A stretch of DNA of 64,000 nt, taken from Owenia fusiformis. Its lineage: Eukaryota. The notes beneath the pieces were generated by a model. It did no database searches and had not been told where the DNA came from. It saw nothing but the letters and a program-made list of their open reading frames with translations. This document shows, one piece after another, positions 25,101-37,800 of this stretch. Position numbers and translations under genes: made by a program. Location of the stretch: assembly GCA_903813345.2 (NCBI GenBank), contig CAIIXF020000001.1, positions 21,452,001-21,516,000 on the forward strand, read 5' to 3'. The stretch's first letter is position 1, and each line of letters begins with the position of its first letter.

Positions 25101-28100
25101 TTAAGGTGGAAGTGACTTTCGAGGGATATTTTGGATTTAGAAAAAACAATTATGACACAATTATACATAAATTATATTATTTGGATTAAATAAAAAATAA
25201 CCTACCATTTTTGGCAAATCTTTTGAAAGTCCCTTCACATCAACTGGGGTAAAATCTGTTTTGCCAAAATTTTTGTAGAAGAAAGCCTTTGTGAAGTCAT
25301 CACAATCATATACTAGGAACCTTCTGCCATAGATATGAACTGTTTTGCCGATTTCAAAATCAACAGGTGTGAAATAGTCTTTGATCTCATGATCTGAGAG
25401 TTCCATGACAACTGCTGGGAAAGAGGACTCGATTGCATAGCGATCTTTAGCAACCTTGTGACGCTGAATAAGGACAGGGAAAGGATCTCGACCGTCATTG
25501 GGTTTGTGTGCTTCACGTACCTCCAATGTATCATCCACTAAGTAATACTGAAATTTGAAATCACATAAATATATTTACATAACATTGATAAACCCACCCA
25601 TATTCAATAAGAAAACCATTCACTCATAGTAAACATTCCATAATTGAGAACAATATTTTTCAATTTGAAGTGATTAATTCATATTTTCATGAGCTTTGCA
25701 ATATCATGGAAGTAACGTCTATATTCCACCTAGTATGTGAACAGTCAGATTCATATCAAAGAGGTCTAATCAAAATCTAAAATTGAAGAATCAACTTCAA
25801 ACTTTAGCCTCTAAAGTGTTTTGTTAAGAGAACTAGAACTTAACTAGCCAAATATATTTCTTTTAATTTAAAAATGATGTAACATACATGCAATATGAAT
25901 TGCCTCATCTCCCCAAACATCTGATCTCTGTCATCCCACACACAGAAAAACCTCAACACTTTGCGGTCCATCTCCAAAAATTGACGGAGTCTATCAAAAT
26001 CGGAGGGAGTTTTATGTTCACGTAGTGCTGCAGCCTGAGTTCGTTTTTCAATGTAAGGATCTGTCGGTAAAGATTCTGGTGGGTTGACCTCAACACCTTC
26101 ACTCTCTAAGAAGTCCTGGAATATTTTACAAGTCATTCAATTTACAAGGTATTTAACATATGGAGCTTATTCAATATACAAGAATTTCAATATACAAGTC
26201 ATTCAATGTACAATTCCTTTGATATGCAAGTTATTTAATACATACAAGACAAGTCATTGAATATTCACTAGTAGATATTCTCACATTGAGATCCACCCAT
26301 GGAAAGAGCTCTTTGACTAGGACATTCTGTAATTATCCCCGTCTCACAGCCTCTATGTAGTTGAATATTTGAATAGACCAATACTTGTTCAAATGTTGCC
26401 AAGGGCGAATTTTGACAGTGAAGATAGTGGAAAAATATTGAGAACAACTTACCTTTGTCCAGGCATCACAATCTAATATGTGGAAAACCTTGCCATAAAA
26501 AACAACATTTGTTCCATTATTTAAATCCTTCCAGTCCCAATGGTCACCAACATCATTCTTTGGTAGACGCTGGCGCTTTATAAGTTTGCCTGTAAATAAT
26601 CATTGTAAATTTTTATATATCAATTAAGCCCATACCTTGTTTTTCATTTGAACATTTAATTCAATATCCTTGTTTTAGTACTTCCCTGCTCAAAATGGCT
26701 TTTTAAAAATCAATTACCAGAATCCTGACCCAATTAAAATATATTTTAAGATCAAAGTAATAAATATTTTTGTTCAATGAAAGTGAAGCAAGCAGGTCTA
26801 ATGCGATATTGTCAATTGTATTGTGTATTTTTCTTACTATAGACAACATACCTTGAGGCATTCCGCTGTTTTCTACATGTGGTTCAACCACAGCGATACT
26901 GTCATCTTCTAGGTAGTAGTAGATATCTACAGGGCGTACTCTATAATGCTCATCAGGAGATTCATGCACCGTTTGCTTGTAGTATGCATTGAACTTCAGC
27001 ACCTAATTTGAAGGTAAGGTTTTAAATATTAACTTTTTTCTTTTTACGGGTCTAAAACTGAAGTAATGTACTTTTACTTGTACTTCTCATTTGGCGGCAG
27101 TTTTAATTTGGTGGCTGTTTTAATTTGGAGGATCTGCAATATTGTTAAAGATGCCAAATTAAGTAGCCGCCAAATTCCCTGGTAATTTTAGTACCATGTA
27201 AATTAGTACCATTAGTGCAATATTGCCAGTCTGCCAAATTAAGTAGCCTCCAAAGGTTCAAAATGAACAAAAAATCTGCCAAAATAAGTAGTGCCAAATT
27301 AAGTAGAAGTACAATATCTGTCTCCCTAATGCTGGAAGATAGACTTTGGCCCTGTTACTTCCAATGTCTCAATCTGATTTACACAGTAGTTTCAAATATT
27401 CAAATAAATTCATGAGCTTTGAAGTTAGGACATTTTGGGATTATGATTAATAGAGTCTATTACAGTGTATGGTGTACCAACAAATAAATTACACTGTGAT
27501 TTTACCTTCTTGTCCCAAGCTACGTGTCCTGGAACAAAATCCTGAGGTGGTGCTTGTTTAGCTTGACCATATGTAAGTGTAGGTTTGAAATTGGCTAGCT
27601 CATCAAGTTCTTCTTCGTTCAGCTGGTTATGCACTATAGGTGTACCACCAATTCCAACTTCTGGCCTAGATGGTATAGCATAGCCATTGTTGTACCCTAA
27701 GGTTTGACTTCTATGATACCTTGTTCGCTGAAAATGATAGTGATGAAAGTTTACAAATTATGACATACTGTACTCCGGGTATTGTAGTAAAATCGCGAAC
27801 ATTTATCATCGCGAAATTTGTCTTTTAAATCCCCGGGGATTTGACCCCTGTGTAAAACGTTTCATCCAGTGTTGTTGGGCGATAATTCAAAAAAGGCTAA
27901 AATGTCAACATTTTGACAATCCTACAAACTGAAGTTGAAAAAGCCATTCAAGAATATTCAAATAAATGCCCTAAACGTGGGAAATACAAATATTATTCGG
28001 ATTCTGAACGGGCTAACATAGCCAGATAAGCATTGATTCATGGTAATCGGAAAAAAATTCAACTTGTGAAATCCGCAAAATTAAATAGCCGCGAAATTGC

Positions 28101-28615
28101 AATTTTGAAAAATCGCGAAATTTTATAGCGTCAAAATTTACCCGGAGTTACGCTTAAGTTTACGCTTATGAAAGAAAGGATGCGGAGGCTAACATCATAT
28201 ATGGATAGTTAACGAGAGTAAATGAAAAATATCCTAGACAACAAAAACTATGGAATAACAAACTTTCGTTCGAATCTATCTGAGCAGATTTCAACTTCAT
28301 GGAGCTACAATCCGGTGGTAGAGCCCATGTACAATCCAAAGACAACAAAATCAAAGAAAGTTTTATTGCTATTAGTGTTGCAATCATCATCCCTCTGCAT
28401 AATTGGGTTTCAGTTGCCGAATGAGGAAAATAAAATCAACAAGGACAATCACACTCACAGTGAATCTCTGAATCAGTGACTTGATTTTGAAAAGTGCAAT
28501 GAATTTTACAAAAAACATTTCACTCATTACAGTTACTCTCTGCAAAGATAGAATCATATTTACTTACTGTTGGGTCGGAGAACTGATTCCCCGGTAAGAA
28601 AGGTAGACCGTCCAT
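22116..28615 (-). CDS. EFHC1: EF-hand domain-containing protein 1 (Rib72/myoclonin-1), 11 exons, 642 aa; three DM10 domains plus C-terminal EF-hands
   Basis: Exons 28615-28568, 27727-27506, 27002-26852, 26589-26453, 26115-25888, 25547-25206, 24969-24829, 24447-24153, 23105-23012, 22690-22498 and 22193-22116, all phase-consistent. Starts [14 protein letters not shown]10 motifs include DKKVLKFNAY...[36 protein letters not shown] and [28 protein letters not shown] loop [12 protein letters not shown]. The length fits EFHC1 better than the longer EFHC2. Confidence 0.94.
23176..23909. mobile_element. Old palindromic MITE/foldback in EFHC1 intron 8
   Basis: AAAGGATGGGTATCGATATGG pairs with CCATATCGATACCAATCCTTT (20/21). 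Further inverted matches lie inward (TTTCTCTTAAACCAA / TTGGTTTAAGAGAAA, and about 23460-23495 versus 23585-23626). Confidence 0.7.
27075..27313. mobile_element. MITE built of TTAATTTGGCGG / GCCAAATTAAGT subterminal repeats; relative at about 60100-60450
   Basis: Ends TTGTACTTCT ... AGAAGTACAA, with oppositely oriented short repeats on the two halves. Confidence 0.55.
27768..28152 (+). mobile_element. Internally deleted pogo-like (Tc1/mariner/pogo) transposon with an N-terminal transposase HTH remnant, in EFHC1 intron 1
   Basis: TIRs TA|CTGTACTCCGGGTA ... TACCCGGAGTTACG, ATCGCGAA subterminal repeats, and 27973-28050 translating [25 protein letters not shown] with one in-frame stop. Confidence 0.6.
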
Positions 28616-28872
28616 TATTTCTGTTGCTATTTATTCGAGTTTTATGGAAAAAATATTCGATTTTTTAAAAAATGTTTCTCTCTTTTCTGTGTTGCTATGT
28701 TGTTGCTACACAAACACTTGTTCTCGCGAGACTTGGCGAGAAGAATCTCCGCATTTAAAGAGTTATTCTAATTTTGAAGAGCTCTCAAAACATATGTCAA
28801 AATATTCATTCAAACGTTTCAATTACCAGTCCTCGTTTTATCATACATCGAAGAAGTGTGAGCTGCATGTAG
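28616..28872. promoter_or_regulatory. Putative bidirectional promoter of EFHC1 and SNTG with a TCTCGCGAGA palindrome and X-box-like half sites
   Basis: The divergent ATGs at 28615 and 28873 are 257 bp apart. TCTCGCGAGA lies at 28722-28731. GTTGCTA X-box half sites occur at about 28624, 28691 and 28702. Confidence 0.65.
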
Positions 28873-31800
28873 ATGGACGTAAAATCAACTATGCTAGAAG
28901 AGGTAAGTAAGAAAAAGCATTTATCAACCGTAGCTAGTGACAAGGCTTGTTTTTTCCACAGGAATCATGGACGTCAGAAACAAAGTCAGCACTATCAATG
29001 GTATACTCTACCTTATAATAGATAAATACAGAAGTTCAAAAACTGTTCGTCATTTTGGTTTCACAACTGCGTCGATACATTCCGTTCAGTGTAAAATAGT
29101 ATCCTAAAGCCCAAATCCCGGGAATCCCGACTCACTGTTTACACCAACAATCAATCAGATGGTATTATTACACCAAAAGTAGTGCGAAAAAGTTTTGATG
29201 ACATTTAAAGACACTGTTCCTCTTTCACGTGCATTATCTCATGGAAATGGGCATACCAGTGTTGCCAGTGCAAAGATCTTTGTTCCATGGTAAAGGAAAG
29301 CTATCAAACATTGTCTGAAGAGCAGATCTAGCTCCGTAATTTTACTTTTAACATGGCGACCTTGACAACATATAGCCATTTGGGCGATAATAGGTGATTC
29401 TAAAGTGAAAATGAGTGCTTTTTTCGTAGTTTTACTTTGACCAAGGCTTGCAAAAAATTTAAGTGATAAACCTTCCAACAATTTTTGATATTTTTGTTGT
29501 CTCGAAGTGTTCTAGACGATATCAAAGTGGAAAAAAATGTGTATGTCTCGAAATATTTTGAAAATTAGTGCCATTATGGCGGGTCTGGGTGTTTTTTGCT
29601 TTCATTTTCTACCCATTTCCACGGTTGCCATGGTAACTCATACCAGCCAACCTACCGTATTTTTACGGGAATCAACCAAAAAATTACCGTTTTTTCCTGT
29701 AAAAACGACCGTAAAAAATCTGCTGTAACTTTACCAAAATCTACCGTAAAATATTTTATTATCATTCGATTTTTTCTATAAGAACGGCCGTAAAATATAC
29801 CGTAAATATTTGAAAATCTACCATATTTCTGCTGGAAATAACAGTATTCTTGTTCAAACTACCGTAAGATCTCCTATAATTATTATGAAATTCTGAAAAA
29901 TTGAATTGTTCACGTATTGCCCTTGTAATATTCCATCACCAGCCCAAAAAATAGGTGCCGGCAGGTCTTTGACCTGCCGGCATTTAGTAACCTACATTTA
30001 GTAACCTACATTTAAGTACATTCTGTGTAATACTTGAAATGCATTGCTATAATGATTTACAAAATGAAATAATCTCGGGGAATTTGCTTCCAAAATTTTT
30101 GAATGAGATCCCTGAAGTTGATGACCCAATTTTAGGTCATTTTGGCCCGTTTTTAGAGACTCAGCCTTCACCTATTTCCCCAAATATGGCTAGATTTTGT
30201 AGAAAACGTGTTAAAAGTTTGAAATGCAGCTGTTTTGATCCTGAAATAACTCAATTGTTTGAAAAAATGCTGAATGAGGAAAAATTATGATAGTAAAATT
30301 TTCCCATTTTTGGATATTAAGGTGTTATTACGGTAAATACCACTTCCGGGTAGGACGTGTTTTTAATACTTTAAAAACGAAGCCATGCCAACTTCAATGG
30401 TGTCACTGTGTATAGTAGGTTTAAGTATATGCATTGTGGCCATTTGAGGTATGTATGTAAAGCTGAGGCCAAGTACTTTCTAAATGTGCCATTTTTAGAA
30501 TTAAATCGCAAGAATATAGTCCCGTAAACTGGAACTACTTTATTCGTTAATTTTCATCGGTGAAGCAGGGATTTTACCTAAAAATGAGTCCCTATGTTGG
30601 CGTAGTGATATTTAAAGATCGAGACGCAAACCCTATGTTAAATATAGTGTAAAGATGAAGGTTATGGATATAGTCATTGTATGGGCCAGTTCGTTCGAAA
30701 ATGGCGATATGTAGCCCAGAACTTGAATTTTGTGATTTTTTTCAATATTTTTCAATGATTTACCGTAGTGACACCTCCATTTTTAAAACTCCCACTGTTT
30801 ACAACAACAACCAATCAGATAGGTTTAATTTTTTACATCGGGCTGTGCATGCGCCATTGGAGGAAGTGGACGGTTCGAGTGTAAATTTGGACCAACTTTT
30901 GCAAGTTTTACCAGGAAATCACCTTTCATTTGGTATGTTAGTAACGTTTGTTATCGTATTGGGTATGTAAGAATCATATACATGTCGAATTATTAGCATA
31001 AATGTCACAGTTTGAACGATAAATGGAAATATAACACTTCCGGAAAATATTGTCACAAATGCCTTGTGGACTTTCCTCTATTTATTAGAGATCTATTCAC
31101 TTTTAGAATATACCATTGATAGTGCTGACTGTGGTCAGAAAGCATGAGAAAGAGGGGGGGGGAGTTTTTTTTTATCAGAAAACAACTGTATGGTCCTTAA
31201 AAACGCTAAGTTCAGATTGCTCCAAATACTATCTGCAATGACAGGGGAGCATGTCCCTGGACTCCCTGAGGTGTGCAGCCTTCGTCCACTTGCCGCGCCA
31301 CGTTTATTTTCTGGAAAATGCACACCCCTTTTTCAAATATGGTTCAGACGCCCCTGATTATTATGACTTTACATAAAGGTTATTAGAGGGGGGGGGGGGG
31401 GGGGGTTGGCTGACTTGATTAGAGTCAGATATAAATTGTTGGCCTCTCCAAAGTTGCTTGAGGGAGTAACGAAAACATGTGATAAGTGTACTGTATACAG
31501 GTATAGCCTTGCCAGTTGCCACCTTTAGACAGTGACGCACTGGCTCTTGTGAGTTTTACAGAACACACCTGTCTAGGCAGGTGTGTTCAGTAAGATACGT
31601 TAGGCTATTTTGAGTTTTGAGATGTAATGTAGGGTCATCGTCCCCTACTGTGTGTCTGTTAGTTCTGTCAATACTTCAGGTAAACAGTGACTTCAAGGGA
31701 ATGACCATATATAGAAAATTGTCTTTCTTGCAGCATCAAGCTCTGATTGGCTCGGCGAGTTCAGAGGTCTCTTTTAAATTCGTAGTGTAATTGATGAAGC

Positions 31801-34800
31801 TATCTTACAAAAAGCTTTAAAGTCAAACCAATACAAAAGGTAGAAATTCAGCTCCAAATTCTGTGACTATGTTGTATCTAATTTGAAAATCAGACAATGT
31901 CACTTAATTGATATCTTATCTAACCATCAACACTTTTATACTATGAGGACCATGTAATCAGCAAATGCAGTCTAGTATTAAAATGGGCCCTAATTTATAA
32001 GACCATAATTTAAAGGAACATGAATACACATTACGACCAATAACGGCCAGTGATTTTGAGGTATCTTGGGTCTCTTATTAAGACCAACTATTGTTTCCAA
32101 TATTGGTTCAATATGCATGGTTATACAGATATGTAGATTTTGTAAATATAGATTTTTTATCCCCAAATATCACTTTGAAAGCCAATGGTTTAATAGAGAA
32201 TGCCAGAATGGGCAATGTATCTCTTATTCAGGCTAATGGCTGTTGAGTACAGTGTATGTAAGCATGTCTCCTTAAATACAAATTGTGATTTAGGCCACGT
32301 ATTACAGAGTGAGACAGTAATAGCATTTCTCAATAAAGTCCAAAGAAATTTTGTCTTTTTTTGTCTAATACAATTCCTAATTTCTTGCCAGGATGAAAGC
32401 ATTTTTTAAATATTTTACTGCTCAAGTCAAGATAAAAGACATAGAAGTTTTCCATGATTTTGAGAAATTTCGCAATCAATAATAATGTGATTGTTGGATT
32501 GACTTTGAACTCATACTTGAGATTTAGCTCATTTAACGGCATTTAACGTTCAATACTGTTTAATGCAGGTTGAACAAAACAAACCATGATGCATGGTCAT
32601 GGATTACACCATTTCGATACACCATAATTGGTTTTGGATATTTTGTCATCACTTTGTAGCATTCATGCCACCTTCAATTTACAGGGCCCTCTACATAGGT
32701 TCCATTTAAATGCTACACTCCTCATTATCCTCTTAACCCAAGATTAAAAGTATAAAAATCTACAAGCAAAATGGCCTCAAATGATTCTTTAGTTGCTTGA
32801 TGATTTATTTTTACCCTGGGACATTGGTCAGATGTATTAGCTTATTTGCATTTCTTGATTAATTTTTTTATTTCCCAGTTGTCTAATCAGACTTATTCAT
32901 ATGCACAGTAAACATAACACAAATGACAGATTTCATAGGCACACATTTTAACCAAACTATATACAGATATCATATTTCTATGTACAATTTTGAGAATATA
33001 TAGAGGTTATTTAATGGGAGGGATGGAATTTGAATTTCATTCCAAGGGAAAATATGATATTGTCCAAGGAAAATATCATATTGACCAAGGGTGACAGCCC
33101 GAGTGTCAATATAATATTTTACAAGGCCAACATCATATTTTCTCGATAACCTATTTATTCCATAATATTTCCTGAAATTTGTTCTGTATGTCGTCACCCA
33201 ATGATGGTGATATTAAATGATACTATCTAATTTGTCGAATGACATTTTCAACTTTTATTTACAAGTTTTAAAATAGAAATGATTCTTAATACTAAAATGG
33301 ATCATAATATGCCATAATAACACAATTATATTAAGTCTTATGAAATTTTGTGATAGTTCTGATATTGGATCTGATACAGGATTTTGGCTGATATGATATG
33401 GGATCCAATACGGGATCTGATACAGGATTTTGGCTAATACGGGATCGTATACAGGATTTTTTGAATATCAGTTTTATTCCCAGTTTATTTCCCAGGGAAA
33501 ACTTAGGTTTATTATACGGGTAATGCTGGTTTGGCATTTTTCTTTTTATGTCCATATGAGACAAGAACAAGCGATTGATTTCTTTTATTTAAGATTTTTT
33601 CGATTTTATATTCTGTTGTAATATTATTAGACTCGGAGGATGTGTAAGTTGTCACTTGTTATTTTTTGAGACTGAAATTCCCTACAAAACTTCCCTGCTT
33701 AACACTCTCATTTCTTGATTTTGGAGAATTATTTTGAGAAACAATAGAAGGTCAGTCAGGCAAATTAGAAGGTGGTGTCAAATTACTACAGGAGTTGATT
33801 TTGAATCTGTAAAGTGGACGTGACATTAAACATGTTAAATTCACTAAAGTCGAATGACATTGTACATTTCCTCCAGGCTTAACATTTTTGTTTTGATTTT
33901 AAAGTCTCGCAGATGCAAGATCATCGCTTTTGTTCGCGTTTTCAGTTGGCTGTGAACTATAGAAGTTGATCGTGCAGTGGAAAATAGTCTCATCCTTTGA
34001 TTTAATAATGAAGAATAAGGCATTGTTGTCTGTTAGGTCCTCCCAACAGTGTACTGTAAGAACTGCCCCTATTGTGCATTCGCCTGAATATATAACAGAC
34101 ACGTCCTTGGCCGTATAGTGCACCATGTCATATTGGAAGTCCTTTAGCTTTTCCTTTCTGGCAGCGACAGTTGCAGTGTCAGTGCAATATCTTATATAGG
34201 TGTTTTGGTTGCAGTGCCCATAAAGGTCAGTGTCACTTGGCACAACTGTGACCTCATACTTGAAAACGTCAACATCATCTTTTGGAATCTCTAATGCTGA
34301 CATCATTGTTGGACGTGGCTTTGTAGTGGATTCTGGGTTTGCCTCCCTTAACCAATCAGGTATTATACTTGATTTCCGTGTACCTTTATCTACAGCAACC
34401 ACCTGATAGGTGGCACATGCAAGGCTTTTGTTACCATGCTTCTGTGACAAAAGTTCAATTTTTGACACTAAGGAAGATTTTCCAATACTGACTAAAGATG
34501 TTGAAATTTTACAGGGGAAATCCATGGCAATATATTGGTAGTATTCAGGCGTGAATGATATATAAGCACTTCGAGTAAACATCAGAAATGTCTCATGAAG
34601 CCGGATCATTACATCTCTTGGAATGTCATTGCTCTCGAATATTTGACAGGCTTTCCACAGGTTGGTGTTTCCTGAAAGTAATATAAAGACTATATGTCAC
34701 AATATTGTCATGGCAAACATTGTGTGAGACAATAAAGATCAAAGATACTCGCAATAATATTTCAATTTCGTGATACCTATTTTATTTTTCATTGAGCAAA

Positions 34801-37800
34801 CAATTTCAATATTTGTATTTATGTGAGAATTTATTTTTTATAAACAGTTCTGCATATTCCCATTTGAAACCTACCAGTCCAGGAAAAGGTGTCAAACGGC
34901 AATCCAGGGAGATCCAAGCCATCTTTGTTCCATTCATAGGCCATTCTAGCATTAACTTGGTTGTTGTTGGTTCTCGGAGAAATACAGAGATATAGCAATT
35001 GTCTTTTGTATGAGCCCTTTGGCAGGAGCAACCTGTTGTAGTAAAGTTGGCTATATAAATGTATACATTAACAGTGCACTGAAAGATGTAGATAATAAAT
35101 TCTGAACGTGCAGTCTGACCTTAAAATATCTGAACATGATTTTAAACCTATACCAGCCTCATAAGTTGATTAACCACATTTTTTTGCTGTTTAACTGTTT
35201 CATAATAACCAATAATTTTTTAAAGGGTTATATGTTCTCCATTCTATGATGATTTATACACAACATGGTAGAATATAATATAATATATATAACTGTATAC
35301 TCTATGATGAAATGTCATTCTCCCAATTCTTGTTTTTGAACCTTTTTGTATAAGTGCAGAAGTACCTTAAGTTTTATTTCTGATTACCTGTTAAGTTGTC
35401 TCACCAACATTCACTTGCTTCGCTTCCTTACTTTATGTGCCTTGAAACCTATGTGTATATGCTAGTCACACTTTAGTGTTATATTGAGTAAGCACCTGTG
35501 TTACAAAGTTCAATCTTTAGACTTTAGATATTGTATTACAAGTGCACTAATATATCATACAAATGATCAACAAGCACTTAAACCTGTGTGACATGTTGAA
35601 ACTGCCAAAATCTAATCCCTACTTACTATTCCCCATACACTTATACAGTAAAACAGTAAAACCTGAGTATATTTTTTTGCCAAGAAAAAACATTTTTTAA
35701 TCATTTTATTTAACCTAGAAGGTAACAGTGAATAAGTACATTATAACTCTCTAGGGTTCTGCAAAATATATAATTTGTTTAGTGTTGGTAAGTATTTAAC
35801 AAAGAGGGCAATTTATACAGATCTCACTTGAGTATGTGCAGAAGAAGGTTGTTCACTAGAGAGAGGTGTTCAATAGAGAGAGGTTTTACTCTAATTTGTT
35901 TACTTTATTTAGGAAAATTTATATATAATAGTTATACATGACAAATACTGACATCAAATGGCAATGTCAAGTTTAAAAAAGTATCATTCATTAATAAAAA
36001 TAATGATCTCTATAACTAGTTTACAAGGGTATATAGGTTACATGAGATGCATGTATACAAGTACATGTACATGTATTTATGTTTACATAAATCAGAAACA
36101 CAAACATAAATATGAAGCTTTAGATATCATCATTTGATCATCTTATAATCTTTGAGCATTCAAAATCAACATTAAACTTTCACTGAATGGACTATTTGCT
36201 AAACTTTATATTTAAGTTAGTGATTTTTTAAAGTGGCTTGATTGATGACCAGCAATTTTTGTTTTATATTTTGATTAATGTATAGTGTGGTCCATATATT
36301 TAAGCTCACTTTCTCCTGTATCATTATGAAAATAGTGAATTGTTATCATTGCAGCTATCATTGGTGGAATAAGGATCCAGTTTGACATTGATCAGTCTTT
36401 TGATGGTTTCTGTTTATATAAAAAACAGATATTGTACAAGTTACACAAAAATATTAGATTTAAAACAGCATAAGTATAAAGTACAGTATATGGACAATGT
36501 CAGGTTCAAGTGTAGTTCTGGTACAACCTTGTATCTTCAGGTTCTGTTTAATTTGATCTATAAGCTCTTCAGAATCAGCATTGGTTCCTGAGCTTGGGCG
36601 AATTGCGATGGATATCTTCAAACGTATTTCCCATTTGTAAATATTTTATATGATGGTTTCTGAATTTCATCTAGAAAAATTTATTGATTCTATATTTCTA
36701 CCATCAATAAAGTCCATTTTTTGACTTTTGAACACTATTTCCCAACTCTGCTAATATCGCAAAGTGTGAGAACACATAAATAAAGGTGTTTTTTGCAAGG
36801 GCAAGCTTAATTGTATCTGCGACTGAAATGGTAAATAGAAATCTTTTGTGGCATCTTGATCAGTTGATAGGATTCCTCTGTATGGAACCATTGTAAACAG
36901 CAATTTGAAAGTAAATTGCCTTGTGGAATTGATTTCTGTGCTACATTAGTCTAATAAGTTCTGATATATAAAAGGGTTCAAGCCCACATGGCTGTTCTTT
37001 ATGGTATCTATGGTATCGAGTCTTTTGTCTAAAGTTACTTTTAGATGTTGTAAGAGAGTGTATGAATCAATTTATTGATTTATCATTAAAAAAGTAATTA
37101 CGTTAGGGTGTAGGGGCCACTTTTGTTTGATTGGTGTAAATCAATATCAAGAAAACATGCTAGTAATAAAGCAACATTTTGTAGTAGACACTTTGTAATT
37201 TAAAACATTACAGAGATCCGTTAAAACATTTACATCAACCACAAGTTCCCAATGCTCTTACTGTTCGAATTGATTACAATTTTATTTCATGATCATAGTG
37301 AGCAAGAGAAGGTGGAAATATTACTTGGTAAGGCAGATCTCCTAAATTATTGTGTGTACATCTACTGATAATGTTTTGCATATGCAATATGCTAAATTCA
37401 AGAGCTAATGCTTTGTTTGGCAGTCTCGGTGTTCATTCTTAGTATTTCTCAGATATTCCACCCTACACATTTGGCATTATGCATACACGTTTTGTAACAA
37501 TGTCATAAACCTATTTTATATTTTCATTTTTTATTTTCTTATTCTGTAAATACATTTTGTAATATTTAAAATCTAAAATAATTTATGTACTCATCATCTT
37601 AACGTTGGAAATAAAGAAACATAAACATAATCTTTTGACGAATCATTTCCAAAAAAACACAAACCATTAGCACCCATGGAGATTTTATTCCTTCCCCTAT
37701 CGACAGTGACATTGACAGTGCATATTATGATAACAACATGGGCAATTTGCTTTGAATTCATAATATTGGTAAAAGTACAGTTAGATATTTCTGCCAGTCA

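Noticed and set aside
28644..28910. 88-aa ORF as the SNTG first exon
   Set aside because: It ends in phase 1 at the donor, which is incompatible with the phase-0 exon at 47721; the ATG at 28873 in another frame fits.
29956..29990. Rho-independent terminator
   Set aside because: The locus is eukaryotic, with no upstream prokaryote-like gene and no long U-tract.
29200..31360. A single large autonomous transposon
   Set aside because: The region is repeat-like, but I found no matching pair of ends and no transposase ORF; it is probably a composite of fragments.
31388..31405. Poly-G run as a functional G-quadruplex
   Set aside because: Similar homopolymers are scattered through the window (about 39165, 39713, 40907, 51729), some at MITE ends; there is no evidence of function.
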